A stretch of DNA of 64,000 nucleotides from Phoronis australis (Eukaryota; Animalia; Phoronida), in the NCBI GenBank assembly GCA_002633005.1, contig NMRA01000713.1:1-64000 (forward strand), read 5' to 3'. Made by a program: the position numbers and the translations under genes. The stretch's first letter is position 1. Each line of letters opens with the position of its first letter. The notes beneath the pieces are model-generated. The model did not search any database. It was not told where the DNA came from and saw only the letters and a list, made by a program, of their open reading frames with translations. Positions 35,401-47,400 of the stretch are shown here, piece after piece.

Positions 35401-38400
35401 TTGAAGGCAGTTTTGGTCAGTTTACCATATCTCACTAGTTCCATGAAATTTATTTTTAAGTTTGTGAGTCGATTTCTGTAATTCGAAATTGATAAAAAGG
35501 ACAATTTTGTCAATCTGAAGGTGTGAAACTATGGTCTGATAACTACTCATTGGACGAGACTGTCTCCAATTTTCAGTCTCAGTATTGGTTCGTAACAATT
35601 AACAATTTGACTTGAGCAGTGATGCCAGGAACTGGTAATAAAACTACAGTAGCCATTCAGACACACTGTGCTGGCATTGTGAAACGTGCTCACTGTGTCA
35701 CCTTACTTCACTTCAGAAACCTGATTTTATTTTATTGAAATTCGTGAAAAATCGACTAAGAATAACTAAAGCATATCAAATTGACTAAAATTGTCTTCAA
35801 AGAGATCACATTTCCCTCTGTAGGTATTTGAATGTGTTAAAATGGGTATGAGTTTTATTGATAATGTTGAATTTATGGCCAAATATGCATTTTTGCGATA
35901 TATTTTTTAAATATATTGCAGGCTGTCTGGTACACATGCACTCTGATAACCTGAAACCATTTTTTATTAATATATAAAAACCGAAGTGAGGGGCTAGAGG
36001 CCTGACTCAAGGGTCTCCCAGTGCGCCCCATTGGGACTTGGCTTCACGACCTTCCATAAGTGAAGTGGACACTTACCCTCTAGGCCACACTGCCTCTTCA
36101 GATATATTGTTAGATGGGATAGACTTCCGGAAGATATTACCTTTGAGCGGATTTGTTTCATTGTGTTTTTGTGATTTGATTTAAAAATTGTCATTTTTTG
36201 TTATTGTCTGTCAGACATTTGCTGAAATTAAGACCATTGACTTTACCAGTTGAGTACGCTTAAACCACCCTGCTATAGATCAAGTGGTTCCAACTTCGCC
36301 AGCAGAGCGTTAGACTGCAACTGCGCCTATTACAGATTTGATTTCGCACTGAGACCGATCTCAGAAAGTGACTCTTTGCCGATTATGTCCCTTTTGAGGA
36401 TGCTATAAACACGACTTCTCTCGATAACTATAACTTTGCTTTTAGACAATTTTTCCTTAGAAAATTTCCCTAAGGTAATTCTTACTCAGGTGTGATCTGA
36501 CCTCTGTCTTTGAAAAGAACTATGTAGTTGAATGTTACTTGAGACATAGCTCAGTTAGCGATGTCTGTCGTGGTCGGTCGTTTTGTGTGCCAAACCTAAG
36601 CTGAAGCAGCAATGAACTATTATTATCCAAGCTCTGAAATCACTTCTCATAGGAGTAAAGAACATTGTCAAGCTAATGAGTTTAGTTTTATAATATTGTT
36701 GAGTTAGTCTAAAATAGAAAATTTATTTGATAGAATGTATGTTTTATAGCTGTTTCAAAGTTATGATAAAAATCGACCCCGTTTTGTCTGACAAATGTCT
36801 TCGTTTTTAAGGACATTCTGATCCAAAATAGGCATTGACGTGTTCTTGAGAAATGATATACGGACATAAAAATAACTGACTTGTTGTTTGAGAAGAGCTT
36901 TGATGAGATGGATTGACCCAGCATTTATACATACACCATCATGGGTTATGTATTAGTTACTTCTTAAAATGTCTGTTCTTCTCAAGACTGGAAATCACTT
37001 TTGATCTAAGCAATAAACAATATTTCTGTTGTGACCGGTTTTATAAGACAAGGATTGTTTATGCGACATATGGTGGTTTAATAATTACAGCTTTACTTTT
37101 TGTATTGTTAGTACGGTAATTCCCAACTTATTTAGCATAAGAATAATAGCCAAAATTGACATTTCTAATTTTTCAATTATGGTTGATTATGTTTTTGCAA
37201 ATAATGGGAACCAGATGTTGTTTATGACATCTACACACTGCACACAGAATAGAGTTTCACTTGTGGGCCATGTTGTGTTCTAGATATGTGAAGAATCAGG
37301 GTTGTAGTTGATACATTTTGAAAATTATCTTGTACTGTACTAGGATTGCAGTAACCGTTGGATTTTTGATGAAGATGATTTAGTATATTAAGAATGGAAG
37401 ACTTTCAAATAGCAACTTGGCGACTGGTCACATGTGCCTGGATACCAGAGGCATTTTATAACTTGTTTAAAACAAATTCCCTGTATTTACATACACTTGT
37501 TAAACTGTTCCCCTAGGCCAGCCGCTACGAAGACAAAGTAGCTTCTGGTTCAGCAGGGTGACGATACGAGTCCCAACCCCCATTGCCTCCTGAAAGTCTC
37601 CCATTTGAATATTAATGAAATGGTCAGTCACTAGTCTAATGTTTTATCAATCAACCTAAAGTGTTTATTGAACACATCATGTTTTCATTTTCAAGCACTC
37701 TATCGAAACAAAAACCTTAGAAAAGCGCTCAAAGGTATCAGTCATCTGTGTTGAACAAGTGTGTGGCGTGTATGCACAGTATTTCTAAATTCCACTGTTT
37801 GCTTTTCACTGTCTTGCTGCCTTTCAAACTAAGAGTTTCCACTGCAGGTAACAGTTGTTCACACCTTAAAGCCTAACGGAATTTTGTTATTTTAGATGTA
37901 TTGGGCTAACCAGATAGTCCTAGCAAAGCCTTAGTAAAATAAGAAAACGAGAGTTCAATCACGCAAATGTAAGCCGGTCAAATGATAAGTGGAGCTGCCT
38001 TTTCGTGCCATGTTGCGTCACCGCGAGATCTCAGCACAAACAACAAAAGGTTGTATTGAATAGGGGACTGAATAGAACACCATTGCGTGCTGGTGTTATT
38101 TGCAGCTGTTTGAATTAAAAGGTGATTCTCGCGGTGACAACAAAAGCAAGCCAATACGCCTAACAGTTCCTTACATTTGACAATTTATAGCACTAGTGGG
38201 CTCAGAGGGATGCTCTTAAGATTCTGTAGTAACCAAATTTTCAGATGTTACCATTGGAGATAGGCTTAAAGTCTCAATGCAGTCTCATGGTGTATTTATT
38301 TTATTGAGGTCGAGTATTTTGGAGATCGTCATTAGCCTATTTGAAAGCTATTGGTGAAAAAGTGACGGGTTTATGGGGAAAGGGTTTAATTGTTTGCTGG

Positions 38401-41400
38401 TTGTGTCGGTATCACTATGTGCAGCACATTTCTCGTGAGTGCTAATCCACGTTTCAGTTTTAGACATTTAACTCTTAACAGACGAGTGCATACTTTCTCT
38501 TCTTGGCTTACTAAATACTGTCTAATTTCTTAGTAACTTTTTAGTAGTTGTTTATTGAAACAATTTGGTGCAGAGTTCGTTGTTTGATAATTTTTTTCTG
38601 CATTTCTCATATTGTTTATTATAAATAGGTAAATAAAACAACATTAGAATGGATCACCTGAAATTTTCGGATATAATAACGTCCTTTGTCAACAGAAACA
38701 GATATAACGTAAAATCAAACACTATATGACAATTGACATTTAAGATGTGGAGTAATATTGTTTAAAATTACTCCTTGAGTGCCAATCGCATCTGTGCAGT
38801 AGGTCCCCGAGCGACATCGTTAAAAGAAAAACAAAAAATTGCAAACCTGTCCGTATGATCCTACGGTTTTGCTATGTTTATTTTCATACAAATTATTTTG
38901 ATGTAAGTCTAATAAAATAACAGGAGTTTTGTGTTTGTGGTTGCATTATTTTGGTTATGGTCTTGCCTTAAGAGAATCTGATTCATCCCGAGATTAAAGT
39001 TTCCAGCGCCACAATTTTCACTGACAGTTCTTGAGTATACTGCTGAAAACCACCTCAAAAGATTGCATTTTCCACTTCACGCCCTTTATGGACCAGTTTA
39101 TCTGTTCTAGTTGAAAATCTGAAAATTCCGGAGCACATCGATCATCGAAACTCTGAGACGTTCGAAGAAGAAGATTTAAGAAAGTTAATCCTCAAGGTAT
39201 TGTGTTAGAAGTTGAGAGTTACGCAGACATGGTGTCTGTGTGCCAGGAAAGTCATTGTTAATGTTCTGTGTTGATATGTCAAAGCCTGTATACTCAAAGA
39301 TTTTTCATTTTTCATCCCAAAAATTAAAGTTTTACCTCGCAGAAATTTTCGTCGGCTGCCATATTGATTTGCCGTCTTCATCAGTGATCACTAGGTGGCG
39401 GCAGCACATGGCAGACGACAAAAATTTATGTGAGGTAAAACTTTGATTTTTGGGAGGAAAAGTGAAAAAAAATTTGGGAGGAAAAATGAAAAAAAAAAAG
39501 TTAGTATACCGAATATGTACCTTCCTGGTGAAGCTGTTTACTGACTGTCAAACTGGGTTTAAGTTTTATCTGGTGTCAGTGGCAGTTGTGTTGTTTGAGG
39601 GGAGCCTGTAGTTGTCCCTTCTCAGCAAACCAGTGGTGAGAGGAGTCGATTCTATAACTGTTCTTCTATTTGTTTATTAATTTAAAGCCGGCTACACCTG
39701 CGACTGTTTAGTTATGATGAAAATAGCATGAAGTAGGTCGTTTATGAAGTTTGGTAGGCACTTTGGCTAAGTTTAAAAACGTACGAGAAAAGCACACGGG
39801 TACGCACGCTTATTACATTGAAGTTGGTATGTGTCAGCAAATGGGATACTACCATCAGACGTGGTATGTCACCGAGTGTGTTGTTATTGTTGTTGCCTAG
39901 GCAACGGCTGACCTGGATGCCGTGGATACCAAGAGGAAGGAAGAGTTCAAAGAGTACGAGATGGAGAAGGAACACGAGAGGCGAGAGAAGCTGAAGGCCA
40001 TGAATGAAGAGCAGCGCAAGGCAGAGGAGAAGCGAATGGAAGAGTTGAAGAAGAAACACGCTGATCACCCCAAAATAAATCATCCGGTAGGTAGCGGCTA
40101 ACTCTTGGACCGTCACATAGATGGCGTCCTTGGCATCCAACTGGACACTGTGGGTCAAATTTAGAAATCCTGGCTAGGACGCCCTGCTCAGTATTTGAAC
40201 ACCCAAGTAAAGAATTAAGAAAGTCCGTTACTTGCTAACAACTTTGGGAGCTCATTGGTGTGTTCAGAATAACAAAGTTGGTTAAGATTATGATATCAGA
40301 CGCGACAAACTTAATTACCGACCCATGACTCCACCGTAATGCTGTGTCACAGCAATTTGACTTAGTGCCATAACAATACACTGGATGGCCTATGAGAGCC
40401 TCCAAAACTAGGCATTGGAGGATGTGGTATGGCATACTATAAGGAATGACCAGCTTATGTGAAAAGACTAGATATGAGGTATTTTACATCATCAGCTCAC
40501 AAACCATCGGTGCATATTTGACAGAAGCTATTATCATTATTTTGTGATTTCAGTTTCCAGCGTCATGTGATGGCGCGTTCCCATTAAATTGGTATTGCTC
40601 GACACAGGTAATGGTATGCAGGTTACAGTGTAGCTCAATACAGTTCAGTACAGTACAGTTCAGTACTGAAACAGTACCAATATAGTAAGGTATTGTGCAG
40701 TACAGTGGAGGGGAGCAGAGTATGTTACTTTATAAGCCGTGTTGTAACACGAGTTTGCAATTTCAGGGCAGTAAAGATCAACTGAATGAGGTATGGGAAG
40801 AGGGTGACGGCATGAAAGGCGAGGAATTTGATCCGAAAACATTCTTCAATATGCACGGTATAGTCAGCTCTTTTGAAAAAATGATAATTTGTCGCCTCGT
40901 GTGGCACCACTCATTTGTAATTAATTACTAGTAACAGAAGTTTGCATTCATAATGTATGTGAATTTTAAACCCATTAGGGCGCGGCACTCGTCAACACCT
41001 GTCTGGCATCTCATGCTGGTATCACCAAAACTCCTTGATGGATGGAACAGGTAGAGCGAATTCTTGAATGGCCTCAACTGTCGCTGTATTAGTTTCTTCA
41101 TTAACTAAATGAGTTCTTAGACCGATTTTTGTGAAGTTTGGCAAACAGTTATCCATAATTGAGGCAATGACAGATGTCCATTTTCAAATCGATTTTATGT
41201 AATCTGCACTGTCTGTTTCTTGGTGCCCGCCTCTCTATCCACTAAACTGCTCAAGGAATCATTGTAAAGTTTCACAGATGTCTTGTTTTTGAGATGAGCA
41301 AGGCTGCCGTTGATTTTCAGAAAACTGATATGGCTCCCCCTGGTGGCAATTTAGATTTTCTTTGACCTGTGTATTCCTTTATATCTAACAAATGCCTTGA

Positions 41401-44400
41401 TGGATTTTCATGAAAATTGACATTAGATTTCTGTTAAGGAGATATCGGCACATTCCCATTGTCAGATGGATTCAAAGTATCCTACGCCCTCTAGTGGTTA
41501 TTATTATTTTTCCATATTTTGGCATCCACTAAAAGATAAGACGTGTTCCTTCTGAGATGATCACGACTGGCGTAGATTTTTGGATGGGCTCAAGTACTGC
41601 AACACCCCCTTGTGGCAAATTTGTTTTTGCCTGTGCCTCAATATCTAACAATTTCATTATGTGCTCCAGTTGAAGAGAGTACGTTGATTTTGAGATGAGT
41701 CTGCTGTGGCTTGCCTTAGTGACAATTCAAGTTTTCCTCTTGTATATCTACAAAGTTCCTAGATGAATGTTCATTGATGTCAGACAAGTTTCTGTCAATA
41801 CGACAACAGCACTTGTCTTTTTTCAGATGAATTTGACTTATGCTGTACCTCCTAGTGACCTTGTTATTCTATGTATTGCATCATGCTAATAAACATCCCG
41901 CATTTGGAAGCATAATTGATTGCACTTGTCGTAGAGTCGTGCGCACATTTCACTGCTTTGTTCTCTTTGCTTTTGGCCTTACTCTAATCACATCTCATTT
42001 CAAGTGATTACTAGGTTAACAATAATGATGCCAGTCTTGAATTTAGTCACTTGTAAGCTGTTTCACCTGGTCGTCGTGTCAAAACAAATCGTTGATTTCA
42101 AGATGTTGTTGCGTTCTGCTGCATATGTGGCAAAAATGCCGATTCTCATAATGGTGATTTGGTTTCAGATACCAACGGTGACGGTGCCTGGGATCCTATA
42201 GAATTGGAGGCTCTGTTTGAAAGGGAGGTATATCAACAATGAATTGCATTAGTCTACTGGAAGAATTATGTCAAGAACAAATTAATGTTTCATGATCTGT
42301 GGGAGTGTTGGGTATTCAGTCTCTCTGAACATCATTTTTATTCCATTACCAGATGATTACTTGCGGATGTCCTCGTCAAAGGGCTGCACATTGCAAAGAG
42401 AGTGCGCAAGATTTGTTCTCTTGAGCTGTATACGCATACTTAAGTAGTTCAGTAATTAAGTTTGTGTACTCTGCTTCCTGGTTCGTCGCAAAAATCTAAT
42501 TATATAACCTAGTTGATTTAATATAAGAGACAACACCACATTCCAGCTTGAAAAGTCCTTTGACGAGAAAAAACCCGAAGAGGACGATCCTGTTGAGAAG
42601 GAGGAGAATCGTCAGCGCATGCGGGAGCACGTGCTGAAGGAGATCGACACGAACAAGGACCACATGGTGTCACTGGAGGAGTTTTTGAAGAGTGCGAATA
42701 ACGAGGACTTTGACAACAAGGAAGAGTGGAAGGTATGGCTAGTGGTGACCTTGAAATGGTTCCTCTTATAGCCACATGTAAAGCATGGCGCAAGTTCTCT
42801 GATCTTAAACAACGGTTTTCCTGTATCTTTAAGTCGAAGAAGCAGTCAGAAATACACACGGTCTGTGGTATGATTGTGTAAAATTAGGAGTGATAGCTTC
42901 TTGTATTAGCAACCACTAAATTGTTCTGATTGTGGCTTTAAGCTTGACGTTTGCATGCTCAAAGTAACATGTCCGCATGTAAGGGTGATTGTTCGTTTCT
43001 GATAAGTCGCCGTTCAAAAAAAGACGGGCATATTTGCTTTGTTCTGCTTGTCAGTACCGAAGTATTGGTGCACATCCATGATTAAAGAATGCCTGTTACA
43101 AAATTACCAGGTCTGTTATCAGTCCTGGGAAAATTTGGGTACATGAGGTAGTTGCCAGCATTTCAATTGGCTTCGTAAGTGGTATTCAGACCGATTTCAG
43201 AGCATTGGTGAGAGATGCATTGGCAAAATGCATGATGGGTCTGTTTTGTGAAACCTCGTCTTTGTGCATAATACAGTCAGTTGTTATACGTTTTCTTGTA
43301 ATATCTCCAGTCATGCTCACATATATGAAAGTAGCGATAAATATTTTAAATTATTCAATACCGATAAGAAAATATCAATATGGAATCATATTCATTTGCT
43401 AATTTCTAACTATGTGCAGCTCTAGTCCTTTTCTAGAAAGATATATCCTGTGTTTTTAACCAGTCAGGTGATGTGACTATGTATATCCGGATTACCTACA
43501 GTATGCGTATTGTCTTATTTTAGTCCTTGTCCCTTGGATATGAATCATCATAGTAACAAATTACGTTGTCATAGTCACTCCATTAGGGACTGTTAATTGT
43601 TTTAATTGCTGAGTTTTCATTGATGCAGTTTGAATGATAATGTGAAGAGTATGACTGTCTTTTTTGAACATGGTCTAATGGAACAACGATAAACGTGTTA
43701 CCGTGGAAGTTTGTTTGATACACCGCATTCACTCAGTCACCATGTTACAAAGAGCATCCTATTAAATTTAAAAAATAAGGCATTCTGCGCTTAATAACAG
43801 CGCAAAACGTGCTTTTTTCACGTGCCTTCTTATATTTTCAACCTAAAGATAGGCTTGTTTTAAAATGACGACTGCGTGAATAAGGTTTATTGAAGCATGG
43901 TAAGACAGATGATGTCATAATCTATTCTACACTCAGGATGTTGAGGATGAGGAGAAGTTCTTCACAGACGACGAGTTCGACGAGTTTGAAAAGGAGAACG
44001 GCTATGAGGACTTAGACGAGCACGGCCAAGTCGAAGGCGACGGCAATGTAAGTGGGTATGAGGATCTGGTTCATTAAAGCATCGGCTGTTTTCTTTCAGG
44101 ATATAGAGGAGACAAATGAGATTTTTACTGACGAGGAGTTCGCAGCGTATGAGAAAATGTTAGCTGAACAGGAGTCTAAACACAAAGAGTTTCTCGATGG
44201 CCACGCCCAGCCAGGAGAGGTCAACGTAAGTCCGCGTGTCTGCTGGTCTATAGTGTTTCCCTCTGTTGTTTCCTGGAGTACTCCTGTCCTGGGTCTGACT
44301 CTGTTTACGGACATGTTTCGTTGTTCTCGTACTGCTGTTTGTGTTGTGTGACAAGGTTTTGTACGTTGTCTTTTGTAGTGTGGAAAGCCGTGACGATTTT

Positions 44401-47400
44401 GTAAAAGCATTAATTTACTAGGGAGATTCTGAGAAGCTACTGCAAAACTTTCCAAGTCACACAGTTACTTGACATGTGGAGGCTAGGATTGGATGCATTG
44501 TGTAAATTTAAGACATTTTATTTATTTGAAAACATGATATTCGTGTTAAAAATATGCAAACTCACTTACTAGGGGACGAGTTCGAACATCCGGTAGTAAG
44601 TGAGTTTGCATATTTTTAACAAGACATCAGGAAAAGATGATCAATCTATTTTGTCATAATATTTATGTTTGTTGTCAAAGAAATCACTCAGTGTAAGACA
44701 CAAGATGTATCTCAACTTGATGTTGTCACAATTTTCACTTAAAGTAGTGTGGTGTGGGTATGTGTTAACTGATGCAGATTTTGGATGAATGTCATGTTTT
44801 TGTCTCTTCCACAGTAAATTGAAACTCAGAAATGCTCTCTTTTCCCTGCTTTTCTTGCTCTCAGGTGGCGCTGGTGGTCCTCTCTGGTGTCATTAGTTTG
44901 TGGGTTGCTGTGCATTATCCCACAACTCATTTATGAACGTATAAAGTCATAGTGTGCGATATGCAATCAGTTGCTCATAGGTCTTCCAAGAATAGTTTCT
45001 GGTCCCTGTGGCATTTTGTGTTACTTGCCAAGCATTGGTTTGTGACACGGAAATGTCGGAGTTCAATCTGTGCTGTCTAAGTAGCGTACACGAGTTTTGC
45101 TAACTGAAATTTGAAACGAATTGCTTCTTGTTCATCCAAGGCTAAACCTTTTAATTTCAGACTTCTTTGTGTTTTGACTGTATAACAGACTAATATGGGA
45201 CCACAACAATTCCTGAATTTTTGACATAATCATTATTTTTGTGAAAGAATGGGATTCTGTTTCCATAATTAAAAAATGAACTATTTGGTCTGAAGGTGTT
45301 GCTTGAAATTAGGAAATCCAGTGGTCATTTGTTGAAGAAAATTGACCCTCTCTCAATCCAAAAATTGACACCGCTATTTAAAATAAAGAATTCTTGTTCG
45401 GTATGTAATTGGTTTAACGATATTAAGTTTAATTTGTTCGTTGTCTAGCTGTGCTTTGCTTCATTATTATAATTTCCTGTTGCAATGGTCTTTTTGGTGT
45501 TAAATAATTATGAGTTTAGTTCAGACCAGCAGACGGTTCTTACAAGGATCTCTCCTCAATCTTACACCATGGCCTATCACTGATGTAAACTGAAATACCT
45601 AACACGAGATTCTCTTACTCGAGTTGTGCTTGTGTTAAAAACACTGTCCTCTTCTTTCTGTACCGCTCTGACTTGTTGTAAAGTTAACAATAACTCCTCA
45701 TGGTAAAAACTCCTAAAATTCCAAACGGGTGTTAGAGTCGTTGAATTCCTAAAAATATGTTGTCATTACTTTTTGATTTCCATCATGACATGAGAACATT
45801 TGGTCATCAGGTAAATTTCTGATTTGTTGTGCCTAAAGGTGGGTACTTCGCTTTCATGGAAAGTTTTTCTCAGGCTTTAAAAATTGAACACTATAAGAGA
45901 AAATTGATTTAATTTGTTTTACAATACATGTTTCACCATCCCAAATTGAAGAAATCGTCTTAAGTTGAGGAGTGTTTGCTGTTAGCATATGGCGTTTACA
46001 ATATAATTATTGGATGTTGTCTCTAATGTCTTGATTTCGTAATTGCCTTGTGTGTTGTATTATTTACTTTCCCCTTTCAGATGTGCATACCTCTGTTACT
46101 ATTAAGTCGTAGTGTGTCTCGATTTTGGGACCGAATATCCATTCCTCTCAGAAAAAATATTTAAATCCGACTCACAAAATCGCCTTTAATGATTGAAAAA
46201 TTCCCCTCCAGTTTAAAACACTTTTAACTCGCACAGTTCCAGTTGATCTGTTGGTGAAAGCAGGTGGGTATTTTCCCATCTTCCAAAAATATCCTTTTGG
46301 AAGGCACCTTTCCCCAGAGTTGAGTGATGGCCCTGTGAATCAACTATTAAATTCTTAACATAGACTGTGTTAAATATTATGAATTATCGTGAAATCTCGT
46401 GACATTGCATCACAGGATTATAAATGAAATTTTCAATTCCCATTCATTCATTTTGAGAACCAGTTGATGCCTGTTATTCAGTGGAGAAAACTGGTTCTCA
46501 GATGTTTTGTCCTGTCCTGTGTGTGCAAATAGATGGGTATTGATTTGGAGCCTGTTGTTTCCTACACTAAACCTCTCAGGCTCCTGTGTTGCAGGCATTA
46601 GGTCTTCAATGATTATGGAGTCGTCACAGTTGACCAGGCAGGTGCTCCAGCTTTTGTACATTATGTACCTGTGCCCTGAACTGGCATTGTGAATGTATCG
46701 ATTTTATGTTGCAGGTTCCTCACCCCGGTGAACACCAACAACCACCTGTAGTGTCAGATTCTCACCCCAACCAACAGGTAGTTTTTGTCTTGCCCAAAAT
46801 ATGCTGTTTGTCCATTAATCAAATGTTTTTATTCTTTTCACCTTGTATTTTTGAAAGTATCAGTTCATGTAAATATGTACGGGGCTGCCAAACACCAGTC
46901 TATGCTGAAAGTCTGTATTTTTCAGGTGAAAACAATTGTCAATATTTTCAGAAAGTTTCTCTTTCGATCAAAGGAGGGGGAGTATACACCCAAAAACTGC
47001 AAATCTTCAATTTCAAATCCTGTTCCAACTAAAAAGGCGACATTAAAAATCCAGGTTATCCGCTTAATTTCGTGCAGTAGACATTGTGGATTTCGCCACT
47101 CTGATCCATGGCCTTGCAAATCTTTGATTTCTCGTTTTAATTTTGTGATGGAAGCTGGTGTTGAAGGTTGGTGTGATGAATCGTGTGTATTTTTTGGAGT
47201 TTCTAACTATGAAATCAAATTTCTTGGAATATTGTCTCTCCAATTCTGCTCGTGACTGCTTGATATGATTTTCAAAGTTGACAATATCCCACGGTGCAAA
47301 GCCAAGTAAGCCCTTTTTTTCATTGGTCAGTCATTCACAAACCAACTTGAATTGACCAATCATGAAAGGAAAAGCCGGTATCGAAATTACATCATAACTG

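Noticed and set aside
39742-40158. Hydrophobic 138-aa minus ORF (similarly 42518-42859, 44096-44455, 48179-48394)
   Set aside because: Antisense shadows of Glu/Lys/Gln-rich nucleobindin exons.
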